A stretch of 64,000 nucleotides of DNA from Batkoa obscura. Taxonomy: Eukaryota. A program made the translations under genes and the position numbers. The stretch lies in the NCBI GenBank assembly GCA_030770535.1, contig JASVEC010000002.1, positions 806,001-870,000 on the forward strand. The letters run 5' to 3'. Positions 27,401-39,266 of the stretch are shown here, in pieces (within the stretch, counting starts at the first letter, position 1; each line of letters begins with the position of its first letter). Under the pieces are notes generated by a model. It did not search any database and was not told the origin of the DNA. It was given only the letters and a program-made list of their open reading frames with translations.

Positions 27401-28751
27401 AGTTTAGATTGCTTACAAATACTAAAAGAACAAAGTCATTTGTTTAAAAAAGAAAGTAAAATAATTAATTCAAAAATATATCAAGAATTATCAAGTTTAA
27501 CAAAATATGTAATGAATTTTAATCTATCATTAAAAATACAAAAGTTATTATCTATTATATATAAAGAGAATCCAAATCAATTTAAAAAGAATAATCAAAT
27601 ATTTGATTATATTAAACAAATAAATTCAAAGAAATTGGGTACTAGATATTCTGTTAAAAATAAGGAAGCTTTAATTTATTTATTAAAAGAAGAATTTTAT
27701 TATTCAGAGAATCGATTAGAAATATTAAAATACTATTTGAATAATTTATTAGAACCTGTAACACAAGACAATACTGAATTAATAGAAGCCAACTTCCCTA
27801 ATTTTAATATTGCTATGTTACCAATCTATTATAAAATCATTTCTTCACAGTTAATAGAATTGACTAATAGTATTCAAATCGAGGAAAATATTGAAGACCA
27901 AGGAGTTATTAAATTTATAACAATCTTATTAGATTTATGGCACAAATTAATTAATATAGCAACAAAATATTCAGATCATGCTCTTCTATTAACCACGATT
28001 CAATATGGACGACAATTTGTGGATAATTTTATTAAAACTATACTTCCGTTTTTAGATTATTATTTACCCCACCATCGGCAAAAGGTGTTATTTATATTGA
28101 AAAATACGCAATTGAGTACAAGAAAATTACAGGTAGTTTTATTGTTACTTAGACAGAAAATGAATGTAGAAATTGATATATTTTTTATTTACTTAGAATA
28201 TATGTAATGAAATTAAAACCAAAGGAAAAGCTTTAGCATCAGCGGTTCCTTCATGTAGAGCTAGTTTAGAAAAGTTAATATTACAAGTAAGAAAACTATT
28301 TAAAGAACACAATGTATTAGACGCTTATGATATTGGTAAGTTTAGAATATGTCTATGCATTTTAGAAAAATATATAGTAATTAAATTGACTTTTAGGTAA
28401 TTTAAAACATCGTGCAATAGATGGAAATTTAATATCTTCTCAATATCAAAATGAAGACATTTTAAGTCAAAATGAAAGTTCATTAGATGAAGAAGTGGAG
28501 ATTAATGTCTTGGTAAGCGAGATCTAAACTATTTTTTTTAGCAATTGTTAATTGTTTATATTTGTATTTTTTATTTTTAGCCAAGTAAAAAGAAAAGAGC
28601 TAAAGTACCATTTGGTGGCAAAAAAAGTAAGAAGAATAAAGAAGCTCAAGTGGAAAATAGAGCAAATGAAGAAAGTGGAGAGAATGAAGAAAACAGTAAT
28701 CAAAGTGGAGATAACAATGATATTGTTGGATTTTATGATGATGATGAATAG
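24405..28751 (+). CDS. FANCD2: Fanconi anemia group D2 protein homolog, multi-exon
   Basis: RQETVGSIITHIGSG, GILDYLD, ELNIVIRKQL..KYKVIGI (human DMHLVIRKQL..KYKLIGI), C-terminal STRKLQ and GNLKHR. Confidence 0.9.
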
Positions 28752-29011
28752 ATTAGTAAATTAATTGTATTTGGATGCTTAATAAAATTCGGAATGCCTA
28801 ATAATTTTTATTACTTAATTTGTATTATTTTCATGTTTGATTTTAATTTTATTTTAATATAAATACTAGTATAGAAAAAGTAGAAAATAAACATAAATGT
28901 AGAATGTGAAATATAAAATAAATATCAAAATAAAATCAAAAAACGATTTAATAAAAAAAAGAAAGAGAAGGTGCTTAATTTTAGTTAAGAAAAACAGCTC
29001 TAAGTTCAAGT

Positions 29012-30298
29012 TTACAATTGAGCCAATTTTGATTTTTTAGTAACTAAAGCCACTACTACAGTAATATCGTCCATTTTACCTCCTTTAAACCTATAGCCAT
29101 GTTTCTCAGCTTCTTTACTAAATGGACTATCTTTATTTTTATCTTTAGCTCTAAGTCTAGCTTTTTTAACCAAAGAACCCGCAACTTTATTAGTATAACC
29201 TTTTAATAAGTCTTGATTTTTTTTACTAGCTAACAATAATTGATTCAAATTATCAGGTTCATTTACTTTAATTTCCATCTCGATATCATTTAAAAATAAA
29301 TTATCAAATAAACCATCCGTACCAAATACAATTAAATCTCCATGTTCCAATTGAATTTTAGCCAATAAACCATCTTTAGGTTGATTCAATATATGATTAC
29401 CTTTATTTAATTCAGGTGGGATAATTGATAATTGATAAGGTGCATTAAAATAATGAGTTGTTTCTTTAGCTTGATATACTGATTTTCCATTTCTAATTAC
29501 AACATACCCAGAATCTCCTAAATTAATTGAACTTAAAATAGAAGTTTCACTATCAATAACAGCCAAACAAGCGGTGCTACTACCTGCTTTTACTTTTCTT
29601 TCGTTTTTTAATTGTTTATAAGAATTATCTAAGATACTCAAGGGTTCCAGTTCATTGACAATGCCCATGTTTTGACAATTAATTTGACATTTATTCATTA
29701 ATTCCCATGCAAATTGAGAAGGGTCAACACCAACTTCAGACCAACCACCAACACCGTCAGCAATACCTAAAATAATAATTAACAATTAATACTAAAATAA
29801 CAGTTTCAATTATTCCCGCTTACCTATACAATACTTCTCCTGTACAATGCTAGTAAAGAATGCATCTTCCCCACAATCTGCTAAGCACCAAACAGGTAAA
29901 TTAGCTCTGGGCCTTTTAGGTGCCCAAGCAGCCCCAATGGTAATGTCACAAGGAGAACTATCCTTTAAATCAGGTTTAATAGGATCTAATTCCTTCAATG
30001 TGGCGATTGACAAAGTGGAATAGCCAGCATATAAAGGGGGTGAAAACATGATAGCATTTTGATAAAACTTAGTACCAGTAGAATAAGAAGAAGATTGGGA
30101 CCATGGACCAGAGGAAGAGGAGGTGGAAAAGGACATGGATTGTCTCTTTATTGGAATATTTCGAGAGAGTGAGGTATAAGTGTTGGTCATTTTAATATTT
30201 TTTAAGATCAAGTTACTACTTTTGTAAGTAGGTGAAGCAAGTAAAGAAGATTGAGAAATACCATTTAATTTTAAACCATGTAAAGCCCAAGCTATCAT
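29012..30298 (-). CDS. PTC7: PP2C-family phosphatase, PTC7/PPTC7 type, probable mitochondrial presequence
   Basis: GEDAFF, GIADGVGGW, GSSTAC, NLGDSG, GTDGLFDN, GGKMDDIT; intron 29767-29823. Confidence 0.92.
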
Positions 30299-30737
30299 GG
30301 TACTTATTAATTGTAATAGTAAATCGAATTCCAGTTTGTAAAATAAAATCAGATGTTAACTTAGTTTTATTATGGTTTGTTTATTTTTGATCAGGGATAG
30401 AATCTTCTTGAAAAAAAAGTGCAAAAATATTTCTTTGGAAATTATGATCCTGACTTTTTATCAGCTTTAATAGGGGTGAGTTTACTATAAATTATGAGCT
30501 CACCTTACTTATTAATTGTATCAAATTTAATTATCAACCAATAGTAATTCGTCTCTTATCCTTAGCTTATTTGTTCTTCTAAATAAATTTCAGTTTTCGT
30601 TAACAACTGGTAAAACTTGGGCTTATCTAATAACTGGCAAAATTTAAAGCTTATATATGACAGAAATTTTAGAAGTTTAAATAATAATAAAACATGATTA
30701 AATAGTAACAATCATAAATTAATAAATAAACATTGAT

Positions 30738-31474
30738 TTATTCTCCATGTTTCAATACTCTAACAAATTCATTATAATTAAAGTTATTTTTTCTATCTAA
30801 TGGAGCTCCTTTAAACATGATATCCACCTAAAAACAAAAATCAATACCACATTTCCTTAGATAATTTCAAATTCATTCTTACCTCTTCATCAGTAAACCT
30901 ATCTCCCATCGTTGTCATATATTCTCTCAAATCATCAGCATTAATAAATCCTTTGCCTTCATCATCAAAACATTCAAAAGCTGCTAAAATATCTGCTTCG
31001 GGATCCGTGCCAGATAATTTTTCTCCCATTAAAGTCAAGAACATAGTAAAATTAATACTACCAGGTGCTTGTTTAATCATATCATCGATATATTCATCTG
31101 TTGGGTTTTGACCTAGGGGAGGGATTAATTCGATGTTATTGTGGATGATAAAAACGGGATAATTGTGATGGATAAATATAAATAAAGAATAAACATCAAT
31201 AATCCTTATTTTACCAAAATTAAAATTAAAATTTTACTAACCTAAAGAAGCTAACATATCCTTTAAATCTTCCTTATCTACAAAACCATCTGAATCATGG
31301 TCAAACATGGAAAAGGCTTCTTTAAATTCAGCTATTTGTTTTTGATCAAAGATTGCAAATACATTGCTATTTTGACGTACAGCACGTTTCTTTTTTTGTT
31401 TTCTCATAGACTATGAGAAGGATAGTTAGTTGTCTTTAATAATTTTGGGTTGATGATTGTGATAAAGTTACCAT
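30738..31474 (-). CDS. Myosin II regulatory light chain (EF-hand), 4 exons
   Basis: [58 protein letters not shown]. Confidence 0.93.
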
Positions 31475-32630
31475 TTGTGCTGGATCGGGGTTTTTAATGA
31501 AATTGAAGTTGATGTGTTTGTAAAATTGAACTTTATTAAAAGAGTGGCTAACTAAACCCTAAATTTTGGAAAACGTCAATTCTTGGAGTTAGCTTTAGGT
31601 CTACTATTTTCATTGGCTCACTTTATTTTTTGGGAATGGGAAAACATTTGTCTAGATATAAACTATTAAATTCAGACTTTTTAAAACTGAAGTTATTTTA
31701 TGCATATTTATATACTCATTAAAAGTAAAAGCTGTCAAATTTGCAAAAAAAATTATTGAGCTAATATTGTATTTGCTATTTTCATTTATTATTTCCGTAT
31801 ACTATTGAAAAATAATCACACCTTTTAAAAAAACTACTATTTTACTAAGTAATTGAACATAAAAAAATAGATGACCAAATAAAGTATATATATGAAAATT
31901 TTATTTTAATAAATTGATATTAAATTCATAGTAAGATAATAGTCAATCCCTTGATGAGGATGACAATATTTTCATTAATAAAATAGATGTAAAGAATGAA
32001 AAAGATGTTAAAACTTTTAACTATGTTTGCAGTTGGTAAATCATAACTATTAAGCCAGATAGTAAAACTTCAATCTTATTAAGGTTATAATTGCCATCTA
32101 AGCTTTCAATTAATACCATTTTTTTATCATTGATAATTAATTATATAACTGAAACTGTATTTTGTTTATTGTTTTTGTACGTAAGCTTGATAAGAATGAC
32201 ATTGATATTATTTGACGTCAATTCATTTAGTAAACCATTTCAGTTCTTTTCTTTAGTGTGTCTGAATCACTAGATTTGGAGGAGATTAATGAATAACAAT
32301 AAGCTCTAATTATGGTGGTCAAAAAATAATAGTGAAAGCAGCCAACTTGTAGGTTATGCTATTGTTTTTATTGCTGATCAAACGCTTTTTTTAGGATGAT
32401 AATCGTTAGCTAAGTTTAATTCGATCCATGTAATCTTCTGATAAATACAACCATTTAGTTGTATTATTAGACTGATAAAATATTTCATTAAGTCAGTGGA
32501 CAATTTACATTAATAACTGTTTTACTTAGCTTTATAGCTATAACTGCATTTCAGTTTCTTTAATTACTTTTTTTGTTTTTTATTTGTTTTATTATTTGAA
32601 ATAAACTAGCATTTATGAAAGAACAAAATT

Positions 32631-32717
32631 GGAAGTGTTTTTTTATTTCATTACTTACGTTTTCTAAGTCCTATTAAGTGGAAATACTGTTAGTAAAGTT
32701 CTTAAAAATACATCCAC
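32631..32717 (-). mobile_element. MITE A copy (diverged)
   Basis: Consensus match with small deletion. Confidence 0.78.
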
Positions 32718-33509
32718 AAATATTTTCATTTAAGCACACTTCAAACTTTTTTATCAAAAAGCTTCCTTATTATAACTCATAGTACATATGAGCCAATCAT
32801 AAGCAGCTGATTTGGTTGAATATGTGTTCAATTATATAAACTGCCCTATGAGATACGGTTTGAGTTCCTCTGGAAGCCTGATAATTTTTTTTTAATAATT
32901 GATTTCAAATCGTAAAATAAATTATAAAATACCAATCAAATGTTTGTTTAATAATAAATACAATATGTAAAAGCATATAACTTAGCAATCCATACTACAT
33001 AGAAATAGTATTGAAAACTAACAATCGCTACCATATCCCTTATTCATCTTTTGATCCTTCTTTTTGGATCAAATAAACTATTGAAGGCTTAAGCTTTAAT
33101 ATCAAATCACCAAAGCTATTTGAATCAAAAGCTTGAGATTTGGGGGATTTAAAAGAGCAAAGAGTTAATAGACTAGATATTTCTATTAGACTTTATGAAA
33201 TCCTACATATCAAAACAAAAACTGTTACGTATATTTAGTGGTATTTTTTATTTTCTATAATCTTCCATTAATAAATAACTAACTGTGACTAATCTTAGAT
33301 CTTTTGCTAATGCATAGCCAGCTATAAAGGAAAGTAAGCTACTGCTTTTGTTGATAACTGATAGACTAGACTCATTGAGAATACATCCGCTTCTATGTTA
33401 CTAAACCTAAGGCTTGATTCTGATTGCTACAAATTATACTATTTACTTACAATATAGCAATTATTATTACGAATTTTATTGTTATAGATGATAAGTGTTA
33501 ATTACAATT

Positions 33510-33608
33510 GGAGGTGTTTTTTTCGGCTTCATTATTTTTTCCATCTTTTAAGCGCTATTTGAGTGGAAAACTTGTTAGTAAAATTCTTAAACAAAAAAAT
33601 ATATCCCC
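33510..33608 (-). mobile_element. MITE A copy
   Basis: Full length; flanks aatt/aatg. Confidence 0.88.
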
Positions 33609-33887
33609 AATGGTGAATTGTTTTAGAAATGCTTTTAGGCATATGGAGTCAATCGGTATAGCACTTGATTTTGGAAACCGAAAAAACTATCAATGTTGGA
33701 TTTATTGCTATTAATGTAATACCTTGTCACTAGTTTTTCATTTTATAATAGTTGATGAAAGGGCTATTAGCACTATCAGTCAAATTTGTTATTTTTCCCT
33801 TTAAACAGCTCTTTCTGTAAGTCAATCCTTTGAATTTTATCTAATAAATTGGATTAAAGCGATTTTGTTTTGGTAATATTAATAGAC

Positions 33888-33985
33888 GGGGATGTATTTT
33901 TGTATTTAAGAATTTTACTGACAATTTTTCCACATAAATAGCGCTTAAAAAATGGAAAAATAATGAAACTAAAAAAAACAGCCCC
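33888..33985 (+). mobile_element. MITE A copy
   Basis: Diagnostic TSD agac/agac. Confidence 0.93.
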
Positions 33986-34239
33986 AGACCTTATACTAAA
34001 TTGTAAGAATTTCAAAATAACCTAGTTATATTGATATTAACCCGTTTCATTTCAATTTAAAAATACTTTAAACATACACTTTAAACCTTTATTCTTTTTC
34101 GTTATTTTACAAAAATATACAATAAATAATTGAGCGCCATTAGCTTGAGAAATTCTAGAACCCATTTTATTGAATAAAGACTTTATAGATAACAAAGTTT
34201 AAAATACAGTGTTTTCTGAGCTAGTTATTTTTAACATCT

Positions 34240-34337
34240 GGAGATGTTTTTTTTGTCTTTATTAGTTTTTCCATTTTTAAGCACTATTCCAGTGGAGAGA
34301 TTATTAGCAAAATTCTTAAACGAAAAAATACATCCCC
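34240..34337 (-). mobile_element. MITE A copy
   Basis: TSD atct/atct. Confidence 0.92.
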
Positions 34338-34944
34338 ATCTTTTGAAGCAACTTTGGATTTTTTTACTATTTTTTATTCATTTTTTAAAATTTACTAAAA
34401 ATAAAAGTCATCTCTATTATATGTAAGGAGATTGATTGACTACTTTAGCTGAAATATCTTTTATTAAATTGAATGAATTTATAATTTAATGTTATTTCTC
34501 CCTTAAAATAAGGTATTTTTATAAAATAAACAGACAACAAGGGTATAAAAAATGCATATCCTGCTTTAAAATATGTGGATACTTGAAAATTTTCAAGTTG
34601 CCGTTTATCTAAGTGGTATCATAAAAGCATTAAAACTTTAGTGTGCTATCTACACTGATACCGTTTTTGTTTAAGTTACTAAAGAAGACTATCTGTAATA
34701 ATGATAATAATAATAATATTTCTATTTGATTATTTTTATTTTTAATAAGTTATATAACAGTTATTTAACTATATATTCAAAATAGTTTGTGTCAATGGCA
34801 ATGACCTAATTTTTTCAACCAAACTAACTTTTAATTGTTAAGATTTTTCAAAATAACATAAGTCCAAACAACATCTTTGTTATAAAGGTGCTCTAAGGAA
34901 TCTGAGCTAGTTTTCTAATACCAATCCAGCTATAAACATGATAT

Positions 34945-35042
34945 GGGGTGTTTTTTTTGACTTCATTACTTTTTCCATCTTTTAAGCACTATTTAAGCGG
35001 AAATTTTATTAGCAAAATCCCTAAACACAAAAATATATTCCC
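34945..35042 (-). mobile_element. MITE A copy
   Basis: TSD atat/atat. Confidence 0.9.
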
Positions 35043-35214
35043 ATATCTTAAAACTTTTTAAACCATTTTTAGAAAATATTAAATATTTTCGTTTTAAATA
35101 ATAAGCTATTAGAGCTTTTATTATGCGAAAATATATCTGGTTAATTTATATAAATAAACTTTAATATATATAATATAGTAAGCGTTTTATAGATATATAG
35201 TTCAATCTTTACAT

Positions 35215-35310
35215 GAGGATGCATTTTGTTTAAGAATTTTACTAACAAATGTCCCGCTTAAATAGTGCTTAAAAGATGGAAAAAGTAATGAAGTAAAAAA
35301 AACACTCACC
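35215..35310 (+). mobile_element. MITE A copy
   Basis: Consensus match, no intact TSD. Confidence 0.85.
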
Positions 35311-35624
35311 AAGTGATAAATTCAAAAAAACATTCTCATGTATAGTTTCAATGTATTTAATAATTTAGATTAGATGAATTTAATTAATAAAATCCTTTTA
35401 ATTAATTTTTGGCTTAATTTTAAAAATATAAAATAATTTTGATCCTAATTATTATTACAACTTGTTTTTTTGTATTCAATAGTAATTCCGCTAACCTACA
35501 ATATAAATTATGATAAAACAACTTAGAACTGTGTCGCCGGTATTTTTACTTTTTAATGAATAATTCATTTTTGTAAAACTTTCAAAAATTGAATAAAAAA
35601 GTGAAACTAGCTTTAACACCCCCA

Positions 35625-36284
35625 TGTGAAATCTGGTTCTTCCGAAATTAGCTAGACTAATGACCATAAAGCATTCTACTACAGCTCCATATTATCCTGA
35701 AACTAACGGAATGGTTGAGAGAGTAAATGGTACACTAGTACGTATACTAAGGAAGCTGGCTTTCGATAAAACTAGCTCTTGGGATGAATATCTACATTCT
35801 GCCATTTTAGCATATAGATATTCAGTACATAGCATTACCAAAAAATCCCCTTTTGTTATGCTTTATAGGAGATATCCGGGACTTCCCATATCATTTGCTC
35901 CTTTGATGGTTAGACAAGAAGAGATGAGCCCTGACATGTAGTTGCCTAAACTAACAAAAAAACCAATAGCTATCCAAGTTGACGCCTTTAATGCATTCAC
36001 AGACTCGAAAACAAGGAGGTATCTACAAGATATATTTCGACTTCTTCGTCTAGCTGTCTTCAAAGTAGGTGATATCGTTTATCTGTATCCCTCCTGTAAT
36101 CAATCTAGAAAAAATAAATTAGCATTGAAATGGGATGGACCATATGAAGTCATACATAAACACTTGTATGATAGCTATTCAATTAAACATAAACGAACAA
36201 GCGTTATATATAACCGAATCCATGCCAAGTTTCTCAAATCAGCAATGTGATTCAATGAATACAATTTGTAACTAGTCAAATTGT

Positions 36285-36315
<31 letters not shown>

Positions 36316-36870
36316 GAAGATTAATTGTTTTGGCCATCTCATAGGTTCTCGGTAAGTAAGCCATAAAAATTCACTATACCAAATCATAGGGAGGGAAATG
36401 TGAAATATCGCTTTGTCAGTCCCATGGTTAATTATGGCATAACAATCGCCTAAGCTGTTGTGTTCTCGAGTTCAGAGAAAACCAATCCCATGTTCTTAGT
36501 TTAATTTAAGATGAGAATTTCTATCTTCGTCTCAAAGAATATTCTCCCCTCGTTTTGATATTTATACTTATCCGAGTATAAAAGAGATCTTAGAACGTAG
36601 TAGCTTAAGACTTTTCAACTGATTTGTTCCCTAATACCTTGTACCTTTAATAAAGCCATTGAGCTACTATGTTCTAAGATCTCTTTTATACTCCGACAAG
36701 TATATATATCAGAACGAGAGGATAATATTCTTCGAAGTCATATGACAGAAATTCTCATATCAAATCAAAATAAGAACATGGGATTGATTGCCTCTGAACT
36801 CGAGAACACAACAACTTAGGCGATTATTATGTTATAATTAACCATAAGACTGAAAAAGCGATATTTCACA
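35625..36870. mobile_element. Rearranged Ty3/Gypsy remnant: integrase fragment, PPT, partial 3' LTR, inverted LTR arm
   Basis: PPT AGGGAGGGAAA 36388-36398; LTR(+) 36399-~36660; LTR(-) ~36659-36870; 13 bp of the other LTR end at 35625. Confidence 0.88.
35660..36250 (+). pseudogene. Ty3/Gypsy integrase C-terminal fragment with GPY/F module
   Basis: TAPYYPETNGMVERVNGTL..WDEYL..AYR..SPF, then FKVGD..KWDGPY; in-frame TAG at 35939-35941. Confidence 0.9.
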
Positions 36871-37299
36871 TAAATATTTAATTGTGTATTAAGTGCTTAT
36901 AAACTTATAAACTTATAAACTTAAAAGTTGGATTGATTTTTAAATAAATCCTGAAGCTAATTTCGATATTTCGATATCTCGATATATATTATATAAATAT
37001 ATTTATTAAAAGCTAAAAATATTATTACTAATAACAAAAAATCCAAAATAAATAAATATAAATAAAAATTTTAAATTCATTTATTATTATTAATCCCAAA
37101 ACTTTGACAAAAATAGTTTAAATATTAACTTAAAAAATTAATATCATTGTATTTATGTAAAAGTAAAACAGTTTCAAATAAAATAATATAACCAAATAAA
37201 TTAGATTCTTTATATATATTTGACTATCTGTTACATTTATACATATTAGCCATATTAGTTAAAATATTAAACTTGGTACTCAAAGCTTAATTGCTATAT

Positions 37300-37397
37300 G
37301 GAAATGTGTTTTTGTGTTCAAGAATTTTACTAGTAATTTTCCCACCCAAACAGTGCTTAAAAGATGGAAAAGGTGATAAACCCAAAAAAACACTCTT
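37300..37397 (+). mobile_element. MITE A copy (diverged)
   Basis: Flanks atat/agat. Confidence 0.83.
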
Positions 37398-37623
37398 AGA
37401 TGTTAATTGTAAAAAGTTAAAGAGTAAAAAAAGTTTACACTAGCTTACTAAAAAAATATATAAAATATATAAAATATAATAAAAAATTAATATAAACTTT
37501 TCTCCATTTTTTAACTTTTTATAATTAATATAAAGCAATTGAACTTTAACTATTAAACTTAATAATAATAATGAATTAAAAAGAGTTAATTTTTTTCTTG
37601 AAAATTTATATTAATTAGAAAAT

Positions 37624-37722
37624 GGGAGTGTTTTTTTTGACTCATTATTTTTTTCCATTTTTTAAGTGCTATTTGAGCGGAAAATTTGTTAATAAAGTTC
37701 TTAAACACAAAAATACATCCCC
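37624..37722 (-). mobile_element. MITE A copy
   Basis: TSD aaat/aaat. Confidence 0.92.
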
Positions 37723-37787
37723 AAATATTTCTTTTAATTATCCTTTTAATTTTTAAATTCAATTATTAATTTTTGAATTTATAGTAT

Positions 37788-37885
37788 GGGGATGTTTTTT
37801 TGTGTTTAAGAACTTTATTAACAAATTTTCCGCTCAAATAGCACTTAAAAAATGGAAAAATAGTGGAATCAAAGAAAACATCACC
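37788..37885 (+). mobile_element. MITE A copy
   Basis: Near-identical inverted partner of 37624-37722; no TSD. Confidence 0.88.
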
Positions 37886-37990
37886 AATGTTGTTTTATAT
37901 TAATTTTTTTTATTTATATTCATGCAAAATACAGTAAAATTCAAAATTAAATAACAAAATGTTTTAAATTTTACTTGAAAATTAACATAT

Positions 37991-38087
37991 GGGGATGTGT
38001 TTTTTTGTTTAAGAATTTTACGAGAAATCTTTCCACTCAAATAGCGCTTAAAAAACGGAAAAATAATGAAACTAAAAAAACAGTCCC
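37991..38087 (+). mobile_element. MITE A copy
   Basis: TSD atat/atat. Confidence 0.9.
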
Positions 38088-39196
38088 ATATCATAATTTT
38101 GATTGACTTATTTAGATAAACATGTAGGAAATAAAAATTTATGCAAGGGTTTTAATCTTTGAAGCTTTTTTTTGTGAGGTATATTTTAACAATCATGTAA
38201 AAAACAATAGGGTATAAAGTATGTAGGAAATAATATAAGACAAGATAAAATGAGATAAAATATTAAAACAGTTCATATTTTAAATTTGCCTTCATAATAA
38301 AATTTTAAGTTATATGATAATATTATAAGGGAATAAGTGTATTGCACTGTTCGATTATACTAGTCGGATAGTTCTTGAAAGTACTTAGTCCTAGTTGATT
38401 TTTAACCACACAATGCTTTTTTTTCATATTTTTTAAATTTTTAACAATTTTAAATTAATCATATCAAAATCTATGTTTAAAGGCTCTGTATGTTACTCTC
38501 AAGCAATCTTCAGCAGTAAAAAAGATAACAACTTACATGAGATTTCATTCTAAATGATACTTTAATAATACAGCTTAGCTTACTTGTTATATTGAATATT
38601 AAATGAATATATATATTAATTCCAGAATAATTCAGAAGTCGATTCAAGAAAACGTACTTGGATAGTTTCTAATGTGAACCGAAAAGTTGACTCATTAAAG
38701 TTTATGAACAATCTTGATTTAAATTATAAATTATTATCCCAAAATCAATATTAGTATAACTTTAGAAGTATCAGTATACGTATGTTCGGTATTTATAAAC
38801 CTTATGATCTGTGGTCCAATTTAACATCATCAGATAACAATATATTATTTTAATATCACTTATCATTCATTATCTTCTAATCTAATTCAATGTTGCTATA
38901 ACAACATAGCTGCAATATCAAATAGTAATAGAATACTCTATGAAATAAATAGCAACTACATTAAGAAGCACCATGATAAATAGAATAATGACAAACATGA
39001 TTTGTTTAAAATTAGTTTAAGTTTAAAAATATATTTGTACTTATTTTACAAATTAACCAAAAATAATAGAATTTAAAAAACCGAATAATGAATAGTTTGA
39101 TCATTTAAAAATTATTACCAAGAGCTTTTTTAAAACAATAGTAATAAAAATGGCTATTATATACTAATAATATAAGTAAACCCTTTGTGAAATGAG

Positions 39197-39204
39197 TATA
39201 TAAA
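39197..39204 (+). promoter_or_regulatory. Putative TATA box of the S41 peptidase gene
   Basis: TATATAAA ~65 bp upstream of the ATG; weak evidence in an AT-rich background. Confidence 0.4.
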
Positions 39205-39266
39205 GCAGCTAAGACATAGTTAAAAAGCTATCAAATTATTTTATAGATAATTGATTACTTAATACT

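Noticed and set aside
29767..29823. 57-nt (3n) PTC7 intron as an analog of the retained yeast PTC7 intron
   Set aside because: It contains an in-frame stop, so retention truncates the protein
30473..30506. 12-bp hairpin GGGGTGAGTTTA..TGAGCTCACCTT upstream of PTC7
   Set aside because: Single copy, four GU pairs, no recognisable RNA family
32790..32885. Hairpin-rich stretch with TGAGATACGG and CTGA as a TPP riboswitch or C/D snoRNA
   Set aside because: Lacks the CUUGAU and AGCG TPP cores and a proper C box; no thiamine gene nearby; reads more like decayed coding DNA
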